A DNA stretch of 64,000 nucleotides from Pirellulales bacterium (GTDB lineage: Bacteria > Planctomycetota > Planctomycetia > Pirellulales > UBA1268). Positions within the stretch are counted from its first letter, which is position 1. Every line of letters begins with the position of its first letter. The notes under the pieces are model-generated. The model searched no databases. It had not been told where the DNA came from and was given only the letters and a program-made list of their open reading frames with translations. The translations under genes and the position numbers were made by a program. Below, one piece after another: positions 45,349 to 54,907 of the stretch. The stretch spans positions 28,311-92,310 of the forward strand of contig JADHSL010000001.1 of NCBI GenBank assembly GCA_016776925.1, given 5' to 3'.

Positions 45349-46530
45349 GTGTGTACAAATTTGCTTGTTATTGGTGCTAGTGCTCGTGCATTTGCAGCAT
45401 CTGCACGTCGTCTTGGAATAAAGGTCAATGCTATTGATCTTTTTGGGGACAACGATCTCCGAGAGGTTTGTGGCCGCGTGGTCCAGGTTCATTCAGGCGA
45501 CTACCCCGATGGCTTGCCTGCGATCGCAGCTACATTTCCGGAAAGCCCTGTCGTTTATACAGGTGGTTTAGAAAACCATGCCAACGTTCTCAGTAGGCTG
45601 TCACGCGAGAGAACACTCATAGGAAATATTCCAGCGGCGGTGGAGCGGGTTAGAGATCCGACTTTCATTCAAGTGTTAGCTCGCGAGAACGGCTGCAGTT
45701 ATCCAGCAACTTTTTCAAGCCCATTCGGCCTGCCAAAAGACGGAACATATTTGAGAAAACCAACGGCGAGTGTCGGTGGTACGGGGATTATACGATGGGT
45801 GGGTTTGGATGGAAAACCTTGTGCCGACGGTGCACTCTGGCAAGAGTTTGTTACAGGCGTTCCAATGTCTGCCAGTTTGTTGGTAGGCCCAGAAGGGATT
45901 GAAGTGCTCAGTGTGTGCCGGCAACTCATTGGACGTGGGTGGTGTCAAGCCAAGCAATTCAGTTTTTGTGGTGCCGTTGAACTTTCGAATGCTGGCTTGA
46001 AGCAAGATATGCGCACACGGTTGCTCGAGTTCGCGAGTGCTCTTGTTGAAAGGGCAGGCCTTATGGGACTCATTGGCATTGATTTTATAATGCCCCGAAA
46101 GACGACAAAAGACCCAATTGGAAAACCAATTGTTCTTGAGGTTAACCCAAGGCCCACAGCCACGATGGAATTGGCTGAACGTCGTACCGGGCGAAGCCAG
46201 GCAGGTCTGCACCTTTCGGCATACGGTTTTCCTTTGCCTACAAAGTCAATTGCTCCAACATGTGGACGAGATGTCTGCTGGGGAAAAGCGATTGTGTTTG
46301 CCGAGAAGCCGGTCTATGTCTCTTTGGCTTTTGATCGCCATCTCACAAGGTGTGCATCATTGATGGAGGACCAAAGTCTGGGATGGCCAATGGTCACAGA
46401 TCGGCCACGTTGTGGGACTGTGATTCAAGCCGGCCATCCAATCTCGACCATTTTTGCATCAGCACAAACACCGGGCAATGTACTTCGTAGTTTGCGAGAA
46501 CATGTTGGTGAAATCGTACGAGTTCTGTGA
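45349..46530 (+). CDS. ATP-grasp family protein associated with the H4MPT C1-transfer gene set
   Basis: 393 aa with an ATP-grasp-like core (GGTGIIRW, GIDFIM, LEVNPRPTATMEL). Divergent from fae, as in methylotroph H4MPT clusters. Confidence 0.6.
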   Translation: MCTNLLVIGASARAFAASARRLGIKVNAIDLFGDNDLREVCGRVVQVHSGDYPDGLPAIAATFPESPVVYTGGLENHANVLSRLSRERTLIGNIPAAVERVRDPTFIQVLARENGCSYPATFSSPFGLPKDGTYLRKPTASVGGTGIIRWVGLDGKPCADGALWQEFVTGVPMSASLLVGPEGIEVLSVCRQLIGRGWCQAKQFSFCGAVELSNAGLKQDMRTRLLEFASALVERAGLMGLIGIDFIMPRKTTKDPIGKPIVLEVNPRPTATMELAERRTGRSQAGLHLSAYGFPLPTKSIAPTCGRDVCWGKAIVFAEKPVYVSLAFDRHLTRCASLMEDQSLGWPMVTDRPRCGTVIQAGHPISTIFASAQTPGNVLRSLREHVGEIVRVL

Positions 46531-46545
46531 GGAAAGTAGATGCTC

Positions 46546-47061
46546 TTAGCCCGCAAGCCTGCGGGTTGTTGTGTCCTCATTAGCTTCAGCAAGAAAATGC
46601 ATCAAGTAAGCATCTTCTGTGGTGTCCTGATAGAAGTCGCGGAGGACACTTGTTGCAAGAAATCCTAGTGAACGGAAAAAAACTTGAGCAGGAAGATTCG
46701 TTTCACGGACTTCTAAAACGATTCTGTTACGTCGCTGAGGGCTAAGTTTAGAAATTAATTTCGTCAGCATTGCTGTGCCGATTCCCAGTCGTCTGTGTGT
46801 GCGTGCGACGGCAAAGTTTAGGACATGCACTTTTGTTCGGTGGAGTTCGTACAGCATATAGCCCACAACGCCACCGCTTATTTCGGCAACCATGCCTATG
46901 CAGTTTCGTTGTCGTAAACATCGGGTGAAATCAGTATCAGCCCAAGGGAACTCAAATGATTCTTCCTCAATACAGAGAATCTCAGCCATGTCTCGACGGA
47001 TCATCCAGCGAATTTGCACCTGGTCGGTTGAGGAAAGCTGGTGGTCGTAGGTGGTTTTCAC
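46546..47061 (-). CDS. rimI: GNAT N-acetyltransferase, RimI-like
   Basis: 171 aa. Acetyl-CoA motif A HRRLGIGTAML. RimI-like length and layout. Confidence 0.7.
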   Translation of the reverse strand: MKTTYDHQLSSTDQVQIRWMIRRDMAEILCIEEESFEFPWADTDFTRCLRQRNCIGMVAEISGGVVGYMLYELHRTKVHVLNFAVARTHRRLGIGTAMLTKLISKLSPQRRNRIVLEVRETNLPAQVFFRSLGFLATSVLRDFYQDTTEDAYLMHFLAEANEDTTTRRLAG

Positions 47062-47239
47062 AGAATTTTCTCCGAAGATCTCTTTGTCTTATATATATGG
47101 AAATAAGGCGGGGATTACGTGTGTTTACACTGCTCACTTGCCTGTTCGCCGGTTTTGCTTTGGCGAGACGCTAGCAGGTCTTGGCGAGCCAACCAAGATG
47201 TTTCCTGCCCACGAAACTGCCTTGACCGCCTCGTAGGAA

Positions 47240-49087
47240 GTGCCTACTTTCCCCGGGTCTGCCAGCCTCCGTTCTGTGCTGGCTTCACCTCGGTTGTTGG
47301 ATAGTTGCATGAATTGGTTGCACATGCTTTCGCAACGAATGCGAGGCCATACATATTGTGGATTTATTTATTACACCGCTCTTGGCGTGATGGTGCTTGG
47401 GTGCGCTGGCCCTGCTATTCGTAGCCAGAGTCCAGAGCTTGAGGCTTTGGTGGCGGTTGAATCTGCAACACAGCTTGTAGGCGACTATGCTTCGCCATGG
47501 GGACTCAATAGCCAGCGAATTGAAAGGGCGGCACTTGTTACTGGCTTGTCTGATACGGGCAGTGATCCACCACCTGACCCGCGTCGGCAGATGCTCTTGG
47601 AGGACATGCAGGCAAGAGGAGTCGTCGATCCAAATCGCCTACTTGCATCACGATCAACTGCGCTTGCTTGGGTGAGAGGAACACTCCATCCGGGTATTCG
47701 TAAGGGCGATAGATTTGACGTCATTGTCGAAGTGCCTGGAAATCATGACACGACAAGTCTTTCAGGTGGTTGGCTTATGGAATCCCGGCTTGTTGAGATG
47801 GCGGTTCTGGGGAATCGTATCCGTGACGGTCATACGCTCGGCGTGGCAGAGGGGCCATTGCTTGTCGATCCCGTTTCTACCGGTGCAGTCGATTCAGTCG
47901 CAACTCTTCGTGGTCGAGTGCCCGGCGGTGGTATCGCGTTGACTTCACGGTCTATTGGTCTATCGATACATCCAGAGCATCGGTCTGTCGGTCTGTCGAA
48001 ACGAATTGGCGATTGTATTAATCAAAGATTTCATGCAATTATTCGAGGCGTGAAGCGTGGTGTTGCAACTCCGAAAACAGACCGCTTTATCGAACTTGAG
48101 GTTCCAGAGGTCTATAGAAATAATTTAGGCCGCTATGTAAGTGTTCTTCGGTCGTTAGCGGTTGCCGAGCCGAGTGGTAATCGTCACGCAAGGTTAGAGC
48201 TTCTCTCGAGGCAGCTTGAAGACCCTGTTACTGCACCACGAGCAGCATTACGACTTGAAGCTATTGGGAAAGAAGCAATCGGCACTCTTCGTGAGGGGCT
48301 TGAATCAACAGATGCGGAGGTGCGTTTTGTCTCGGCCGAAGCGCTTGCATATCTCGGAGAGTCACTTGCGGCCGAAAGACTTGCAGAGGCGTCTCGTGAC
48401 CTGAGAAGTGCTCGCCCGAAAGCATTAGCTGCACTCGCAATCTTAGATGATGCGAATGGAATCGATGCACTTCGTTCCCTTCTCAGTAGTCGTAGTGCAG
48501 AAACTCGTTACGGTGCGTTTCGTGGTCTTTCTATGATCGATGCTAGTTTGCCAGACATTCGTGGAGACATGCTCGGCGAAGCATGTCGGCTTCATGTTAT
48601 TGATGTTTCCGGGGAACCTCTGATTCATGCTACTAGAGCGGCTCGAGCGGAGGTGGTGCTCTTTGGAGGTTCACATCCTGTGAGTGATGGGCTTCGGGTT
48701 GAAGCAGGGCCGTCAATTGTGGTTGTGGTGGAAGGAAATGGTGCGGTTGTGAACTGCTTTAAGCCAGATGAACCGGACGTCATAAAGAAAGTAGACCCTC
48801 AGGTAGAAGAGATTCTTCATGCAATTGTGGAGTGTGGAGGAGGGTATCCAGATGTTATTCAATTTTTGCAGCAGGCGGCAGCACAACGAAAAATAAAAAG
48901 TCGGCTTGCGTTTGATGCAATCCCTACAGAGTTTGACGGACGGCTCAGCGTTCCGAGGGAAGTCGTAAACAGGAACCAAGATGTAAAGGAAGAGGATGAT
49001 CAAAGTGAGGGTGACGATAGCGGGGACGAGTCAGAAAGTTACTGGCCTTCTCTGTTTGACACAGCCCTGCTGGAATCCGGCGCATGA
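47240..49087 (+). CDS. FlgI (P-ring)-like N-terminal domain fused to HEAT repeats; probable lipoprotein
   Basis: LVTGLSDTGSD..QMLLEDMQARGV..DVIVEVPG..SLSGGWL follows the FlgI pattern. The C-terminal half has HEAT/PBS-lyase repeats (AEVRFVSAEALAYLGE, ETRYGAFRGL). The likely start is the ATG at 47339, giving MRGHTYCGFIYYTALGVMVLGC (lipobox). Confidence 0.5.
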   Translation: MPTFPGSASLRSVLASPRLLDSCMNWLHMLSQRMRGHTYCGFIYYTALGVMVLGCAGPAIRSQSPELEALVAVESATQLVGDYASPWGLNSQRIERAALVTGLSDTGSDPPPDPRRQMLLEDMQARGVVDPNRLLASRSTALAWVRGTLHPGIRKGDRFDVIVEVPGNHDTTSLSGGWLMESRLVEMAVLGNRIRDGHTLGVAEGPLLVDPVSTGAVDSVATLRGRVPGGGIALTSRSIGLSIHPEHRSVGLSKRIGDCINQRFHAIIRGVKRGVATPKTDRFIELEVPEVYRNNLGRYVSVLRSLAVAEPSGNRHARLELLSRQLEDPVTAPRAALRLEAIGKEAIGTLREGLESTDAEVRFVSAEALAYLGESLAAERLAEASRDLRSARPKALAALAILDDANGIDALRSLLSSRSAETRYGAFRGLSMIDASLPDIRGDMLGEACRLHVIDVSGEPLIHATRAARAEVVLFGGSHPVSDGLRVEAGPSIVVVVEGNGAVVNCFKPDEPDVIKKVDPQVEEILHAIVECGGGYPDVIQFLQQAAAQRKIKSRLAFDAIPTEFDGRLSVPREVVNRNQDVKEEDDQSEGDDSGDESESYWPSLFDTALLESGA

Positions 49088-52000
49088 TAACACTGAAAGC
49101 CCTGGAGCTTTTCGGATTCAAGAGTTTTGCTGACCGAACGAGATTTGAGTTTCCGGAAGGCATTACCGTTGTTGTTGGTCCAAATGGCTCAGGAAAATCG
49201 AATGTAGTAGATGCAATCAAGTGGGTGCTTGGTGAGCAATCTGTTCGTAATCTCAGGGGCAAGGCGTCCACTGATGTCATCTTTGCTGGTTCAGCAGCAA
49301 GAAAAGCACTGAATGCTGCTGAAGTGTCCCTTATCTTCGACAATACTACTCGCGAACTGCCCGTCGAATCAGATGAAGTTCGAATTATGCGGCGGGTTTA
49401 TAGAAGTGGAGAGAGTGAATACCTCGTCAATGATGGTATCAGCCGTCTCCGAGATATTCGCGAGATCCTCAGTGGCACAGGTGCAGCAACAGACTCATAT
49501 AGTGTTATTGAGCAAGGTCGAGTGGATGCCCTGCTGGTTGCCTCTGGTAAGGAGCGACGAGCCGTTTTTGAAGAGGCTGCGGGGATTACAAAATTTCGAA
49601 CACGTCGGGCCGAGGCTATTCGGCGTTTGGATCGAACAGAGCAGAATCGTCAGCGGCTAGCAGATATTGTGGGCGAGGTCGCATCTCGCTTAGATACGGT
49701 CAAAAAACAGGCTGGGCGGGCCCGGCGATGGAAGCGGATGACAGAAAGGTTGCAGGCGCTACGGTTTGCTGCAGCATCTGCTGACCTTGTTGGCGTGAAT
49801 ACTGTGCTAGAAGAGGTGTCACTATCAATCAAAGAGGCGCAGCAACGGTCTGAAGCGGCTCGGGCTGAAAAAATATCCGCTGAAATGGAAATTCAGAGTC
49901 TCGAAGAACAGCAGAAGGAGATTGACCCAAAGCTCACGGCGATTCAAGAAGACTTAGCAGCCGATCGGGAAAATGTTGCTGCGATGGAAGCCAGACGTGA
50001 GGCCTTGCGAGTGCGTTGTGTTGATGTAGAGGAAGAATTCGCGTCAGCTGTCAGTTCTGTTCGTACGACTGAGGTCCAACTGCAGTCGACGTATCAGGCA
50101 ATTGATGTGATTCAGGCTGATTGCAGTTCAGCATCTGCCGATTTGCAGCACGTTGAAGGTGAGTTGCGCCAACAAGAGAAGGCAATTGTAGGTTCGCGTG
50201 AAGATGCTCAATCAGCTCAAAGGCGGCTGTCAGAGTTGCGGAATACCAAAGAGCGGCAGTCACTTGATCATCAAAAATTTGAGGCTGTCGTCATTCAGCG
50301 AAAAGGTGAAGCGAAGGCGGCTTTGGATGCGGTCGAGCGAAGTCAAAACGAGTTAGATAAGTCATGGGCCTTAGTTCATCGTTTGGAAGAAAGTGCTGCA
50401 TCACTCGAAGGCACGGTCGATGTTCTCGGCCAACGCCGTGTGGAATTACAGTCTCGGCATGATCAGCTTGATGTCGAACAGCAAAGTGCTACGCAGAAAG
50501 TCGAACAGGCTTGGCAGAACCTCGCTGAGAGGCAGGGCCGACTTGAGTCACTTCGTGATCGTCAGAAATTACTTGAAGATTTAATTACCTCTCATGAAGG
50601 TGTCTCTGAGGCCACTCGCCAGGTGCTCGATCGTTTTGCCGACGACATACCCGGTTTGTGCGGCCTGCCAGCTGATCTCATCGTTGCCAACAGTCAATGG
50701 GCTGGCCTTGTCGACATAGCGGTTGGAGTGCTTGGTCAGCGGCTTGTTGTGGAACGCCTCTCAGACATGCTTGACTGGTATGAACGCTGGCAGAATTCTT
50801 CATCTGCCCAGGGACTGGCCTCGACAAGTGGCCGTGTCGGTTTTCTCGCGGTTGACAAGTTGCCTGAGCCTCCTTCATTGAACCTGTTAGAAATTTTTGG
50901 TGAGGGTGAGACTGGTGTCGTTGGCAGGCTTGATGATCTTGTTTCAGATGAGTTCGAAGAATCAAGTACGGGTGAGCAACACCCTGCACTTGATTCAATT
51001 TATGAATATGGGCCAGAGCCGCTTCACAAGAAGGCAGCACCGCAGAACGACGGGACTGATGTAAGCGATCTATTGAAGAGGCGGCTGCTTGGTCGGGTCT
51101 GGATTGTTGAATCAATTAACGTGGCGCGGCGGGTCATCGAACGCATGCCCCCCGGTTTGGTTTTTCTAGATCGAGCAGGTAGTTGGCTTTCGAGTGACGG
51201 CGGATTTGAGGCGGGCGCAAGCGGAGCTGGCGCAGGGCTTGTTTCTCGCCACAGCGAATTGCGTACTGTGAAAATAGACCAGCAGACGGTTTTGGTAGCA
51301 GTGCGCGATGCCAAGCTTGAATTGCAGAATTGTCAAAAGAAGCTTGAAGATTTACGGGAAGAACAGAAACGTCTTGTTGCTAAACAGCATGAATTAGCAG
51401 AATCGATAGCATCGAGTAGGGGCGAGCAGCAGCGGTTTCAGCGAGAAATGCTCGTAGCTCGTAGTCAGGTTGACAAACAGCAGCAGTCGTTGCACGAAGC
51501 AGAGTCTCAAGCAGTGGAAGCAGCTGATGCTGTTCGTTCTGCTGCAAGCGAGAGTGGAAAGCTTTCGGCAGAGATTAGCAGAACAGACAAGACGCTCGGG
51601 GAGGTGGAATCAAATCTCGAGTCACTCGGCCAGTCGCACGAGCAGGTCCTTGAGCGAATCGAAGAGTTTCGCGACCAGTTGTCCATCTGTAGAGAGCGTG
51701 TAGCAGGGCTTGAGGCAACTATCATTGCTAAGCAGGCTGATAAAACTCGGCAGGAAGCAGAGTTGGCTACGGCGGTGTCAAAGGAGAAGGCCGTCAAGGA
51801 AAGGGTGTCTCGTATTGAACTCGACTTGCTTGTCGCCGGTGATAGATATGCAGAAGCCTGCTTGTTGGCGGAGCGATCGGCTCGACTGGTCTCAACGCTA
51901 GTTAGTCAGCGAATGGCAATTCGTAGTGCTGAAAAGAAAGCTACAAATGTTCTTGATGGTGCTCGTGAAACTCTTCAGGACTGTAGCTCAATTAGCCATG

Positions 52001-52827
52001 CTGCTGATCTGAAGAAGGAAACGGCTATGCATCAGCGGACACGTGTCTTGGAGCGATTGCACGATGACTATGGAATCGACCCAGTGGCTGACTTACCACG
52101 TCCGGCAGAGGCCGACTCCGAAGGAAATGCAATTGAAGTTCCTGAAGACCGTGAAGAACTGGATGGCACAATAGAAGAAACGAGAAGAAAGCTTGGCACT
52201 GTGGGGTCGGTGAACCTCGAGGCGCTGGCGGAATCAGAAGCCCTCGCGGAACGATTAGCTGGCCTTGAGTCTCAACTTGTTGATGTCACTGATGCAAAAC
52301 ATTCAGTTGAAAAATTAATTGATCGTATTGACGAAGAGAGCCGTCGTCTGCTCGGAGAGACTATCGAAAAAGTAAGAGCCGAATTTTCAGTGCTTTTTGA
52401 GCGGCTTTTTGGAGGGGGGCAGGCAGATATTATTCTTGATCCAGAGATCGATCTTCTTGAAACCACAGTTGAAATCATGGCACGGCCGCCTGGAAAGGAG
52501 CCACGCAATATTTCATTGTTATCTGGTGGAGAGAAGACAATGACCTGCGTTGCACTCTTGCTCGCAATTTTTCAATCACGCCCCAGTCCTTTCTGCGTGC
52601 TCGATGAGGTGGACGCTGCGCTTGATGAAGCGAACGTCGACCGGTTCGTTGGGGTATTACGGGATTTCCTATCGTCAACCCAGTTTATCGTCGTTACGCA
52701 TTCGAAAAAGACGATGGCAACCGCTACTACTTTGTACGGCGTCACCATGGAGGAATCTGGTGTGTCGAAGCGGGTGGCTGTGCAATTTGAGTCAAATTCA
52801 TCTTCTGTACAGCCGAAAGCGGCCTGA
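49084..52827 (+). CDS. smc: chromosome segregation protein SMC
   Basis: 1247 aa. Walker A GPNGSGKSN, long coiled coils with a central hinge, signature LSGGEKT, Walker B FCVLDEVDAALD. Confidence 0.95.
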   Translation: MITLKALELFGFKSFADRTRFEFPEGITVVVGPNGSGKSNVVDAIKWVLGEQSVRNLRGKASTDVIFAGSAARKALNAAEVSLIFDNTTRELPVESDEVRIMRRVYRSGESEYLVNDGISRLRDIREILSGTGAATDSYSVIEQGRVDALLVASGKERRAVFEEAAGITKFRTRRAEAIRRLDRTEQNRQRLADIVGEVASRLDTVKKQAGRARRWKRMTERLQALRFAAASADLVGVNTVLEEVSLSIKEAQQRSEAARAEKISAEMEIQSLEEQQKEIDPKLTAIQEDLAADRENVAAMEARREALRVRCVDVEEEFASAVSSVRTTEVQLQSTYQAIDVIQADCSSASADLQHVEGELRQQEKAIVGSREDAQSAQRRLSELRNTKERQSLDHQKFEAVVIQRKGEAKAALDAVERSQNELDKSWALVHRLEESAASLEGTVDVLGQRRVELQSRHDQLDVEQQSATQKVEQAWQNLAERQGRLESLRDRQKLLEDLITSHEGVSEATRQVLDRFADDIPGLCGLPADLIVANSQWAGLVDIAVGVLGQRLVVERLSDMLDWYERWQNSSSAQGLASTSGRVGFLAVDKLPEPPSLNLLEIFGEGETGVVGRLDDLVSDEFEESSTGEQHPALDSIYEYGPEPLHKKAAPQNDGTDVSDLLKRRLLGRVWIVESINVARRVIERMPPGLVFLDRAGSWLSSDGGFEAGASGAGAGLVSRHSELRTVKIDQQTVLVAVRDAKLELQNCQKKLEDLREEQKRLVAKQHELAESIASSRGEQQRFQREMLVARSQVDKQQQSLHEAESQAVEAADAVRSAASESGKLSAEISRTDKTLGEVESNLESLGQSHEQVLERIEEFRDQLSICRERVAGLEATIIAKQADKTRQEAELATAVSKEKAVKERVSRIELDLLVAGDRYAEACLLAERSARLVSTLVSQRMAIRSAEKKATNVLDGARETLQDCSSISHAADLKKETAMHQRTRVLERLHDDYGIDPVADLPRPAEADSEGNAIEVPEDREELDGTIEETRRKLGTVGSVNLEALAESEALAERLAGLESQLVDVTDAKHSVEKLIDRIDEESRRLLGETIEKVRAEFSVLFERLFGGGQADIILDPEIDLLETTVEIMARPPGKEPRNISLLSGGEKTMTCVALLLAIFQSRPSPFCVLDEVDAALDEANVDRFVGVLRDFLSSTQFIVVTHSKKTMATATTLYGVTMEESGVSKRVAVQFESNSSSVQPKAA

Positions 52828-53188
52828 ATGGCGGCCTTACCAAAATCTTCCGGAAGAACGGCTCAAGTCTCACGACATGAAATTTCGATCTAACCTCTTG
52901 GACGGTCATGTTTGCTGAAACTGATTCACTGTGAAGCAGATTTCTCACACATGAAGCAGGGGGGGCCTGCAAGTCATAGTATTCACCGATCTGAAGATGA
53001 AAGTCTTTGGTTTGTGAGGCGGAATGCTTTGGCTTGACTTCTCTTTGTTTTCACCGCCCCTGTCGGAAAGTGGCGACGCGGCCAAACCGACAGATGTGCC
53101 GCGTCGGGGGGGCTGTGTTCGCTACTCTTTACGAGTAATGGGCTGGCCGAAAATGAGTTCGGACACGAAGACAAAATGGAGTCTAGTA

Positions 53189-53761
53189 ATGAAGGTGTTT
53201 ACGACAGGCCAGGTCGCGAAGATCTGTAAAGTTGCTCCGCGAACCGTGAGTAAATGGTTCGACTCGGGACGGCTTAAAGGATATCGCATTCCAGGATCGC
53301 AAGATCGCCGCATTCCACGCGAATATCTTATTAAGTTTTTGAAAGAGCACGGAATGCCTTTGGGCGACTTGGAAGACGAGGCCATGGCCAAAGTCTTGCT
53401 CGTCGGACAAGATCAACTGCTCATTGAAAATCTCAAGAGGCACTTGCCCGTAGAAAATTCTTTCAAGATACAGGTTGCTGCCAGTGGCTTTGAGGCTGGT
53501 ATACAGGCCGAAAGTTTTCACCCGGATTGTATTGTGGTCGATTATGCAATCGGTCGAATTGATGCTCAGCAAATCTGTCAGAATCTTCGCCGGAATGCTG
53601 AGTATTCAGAGACAATTGTCATTGCTTTGCTCCCCGATGATGGGTCGCAGATAACAGTTGACAGAAACCATGTGAATGAGAGTTTTAAGAAGCCGTTTGA
53701 TGTGGCTTTACTCGCTGAGAGACTCAGGACACTCATCGGTTCACGAAAAGAATTGGTATAA
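53189..53761 (+). CDS. response regulator with an N-terminal excisionase/MerR-type HTH and a C-terminal receiver domain
   Basis: I place the start at the ATG at 53189, with a GGAG ribosome-binding site upstream. FTTGQVAKICKVAPRTVSKWFDSGRLKGYRIP is the HTH. The receiver has the acceptor Asp in CIVVDYAIG and the conserved Lys in FKKPF. Confidence 0.7.
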   Translation: MKVFTTGQVAKICKVAPRTVSKWFDSGRLKGYRIPGSQDRRIPREYLIKFLKEHGMPLGDLEDEAMAKVLLVGQDQLLIENLKRHLPVENSFKIQVAASGFEAGIQAESFHPDCIVVDYAIGRIDAQQICQNLRRNAEYSETIVIALLPDDGSQITVDRNHVNESFKKPFDVALLAERLRTLIGSRKELV

Positions 53762-53787
53762 GAAGTTCTACTAGATGACTCCATGCA

Positions 53788-53829
53788 GGGGGTCGGCAGT
53801 CTGAAGAGGCCGCCGACCCCCGTGTGTTT
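53788..53829 (+). terminator. GC-rich hairpin terminator after the response-regulator gene
   Basis: GGGGGTCGGC (53788-97) pairs with GCCGACCCCC (53812-21), followed by GTGTGTTT. Confidence 0.6.
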
Positions 53830-53839
53830 AAGGAGTCAA

Positions 53840-54355
53840 ATGGGTATGCTTCAATCGATGGATAAGCACATGCAACCCGTTAAGATGATTGATGTTGGCC
53901 ACAAATTGGTAACGGTACGGACTGCAGAAGCTTCAGGCTCTCTCTTGCTGCAGCTGAAGACGCTTGATCAGATTCGTGCTGGCGAGCTCGCTAAAGGGGA
54001 TGCGATCAATACGGCACGAGTTGCTGGAATTATGGCTGCGAAGCGGACAGCCGAATTTGTACCACTCTGTCATCCTTTGCCGCTCGATGCTGTTGACGTT
54101 GACATACGCTTTGAAAAAGGTGGTGACGGCCGTCGGGCGGCTGTAACAGCTACCGCGAAGGTCGTTACGAGTGCGAAAACAGGTGTGGAGATGGAGGCGT
54201 TGACGGCTGTCGCAGCTGCTCTTATGACCCTGTATGACATGGCAAAATCGATTGACCGAGAAATGGTGATCAGCGATATCCAGCTCGATACAAAAACAGG
54301 TGGGAGTCGAGGCAATTATGTGAGGTCCGATGGTGCAGCTGCGCCTTCGGAATGA
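53840..54355 (+). CDS. moaC: cyclic pyranopterin monophosphate synthase
   Basis: I place the start at the ATG at 53840, with an AAGGAG ribosome-binding site upstream. MIDVGHK..T.R.A and LIPLCHPL-type (FVPLCHPLPL) and GVEMEALTAV motifs of MoaC. Confidence 0.85.
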   Translation: MGMLQSMDKHMQPVKMIDVGHKLVTVRTAEASGSLLLQLKTLDQIRAGELAKGDAINTARVAGIMAAKRTAEFVPLCHPLPLDAVDVDIRFEKGGDGRRAAVTATAKVVTSAKTGVEMEALTAVAAALMTLYDMAKSIDREMVISDIQLDTKTGGSRGNYVRSDGAAAPSE

Positions 54356-54837
54356 GTAGACTTTGTACCCTGTTGAGATCGGTAGGATTCGGCAAGAATA
54401 GGCTCGAGTTCGTCTACGAAATCCCGTACATCCTTGAATTCGCGATAAACACTAGCGAAGCGTACGTATGCCACTTGGTCAAGATGACGGAGAAGTTCCA
54501 TGAGTCGTGCACCAAGAACGCCACTGGGAAGCTCGCTTTCGTAAGCTCCATAGAGTTCTGTTTCAAGTGTTGTGATCACCCCTTCGATATCATCTTCCGT
54601 AACGGGTCGTTTCCAACATGCTTTCGCAAGACCTCTTTTGATTTTATCCCGGTCAAAGGGTTCTTTTTCACCGTCTTTTTTCACAACAGCAAGAAATTGC
54701 CGTTCGAACCGCTCGTATGTTGTGAATCTTTTCTTGCAACTGAGGCATTCTCGACGGCGGCGTATGCTCGCACCGTCATCACCAGCTCTCGAGTCTATGA
54801 CTCGGTCATTGTCAGAACGACAGAATGGACAACGCAT
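54316..54837 (-). CDS. nrdR: transcriptional repressor NrdR
   Basis: MRCPFCRSDNDRVIDSR...CLSCKKRFTTYE zinc ribbon followed by an ATP-cone. Confidence 0.92.
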   Translation of the reverse strand: MRCPFCRSDNDRVIDSRAGDDGASIRRRRECLSCKKRFTTYERFERQFLAVVKKDGEKEPFDRDKIKRGLAKACWKRPVTEDDIEGVITTLETELYGAYESELPSGVLGARLMELLRHLDQVAYVRFASVYREFKDVRDFVDELEPILAESYRSQQGTKSTHSEGAAAPSDLT

Positions 54838-54907
54838 TAAAAATTCCTCGTAAGGCGAGGCTTATCAAAAAACAACTAAATGAGTATGGACTAAAATTAT
54901 TTTATTT

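Noticed and set aside
53024-53188. An N-terminal extension of the response-regulator ORF
   Set aside because: It has no homology-like features. A GGAG ribosome-binding site and the conserved HTH begin at 53189.
53783-53839. An N-terminal extension of the moaC ORF
   Set aside because: It contains the 10-bp GC hairpin terminator of the upstream gene. An AAGGAG ribosome-binding site precedes the ATG at 53840.
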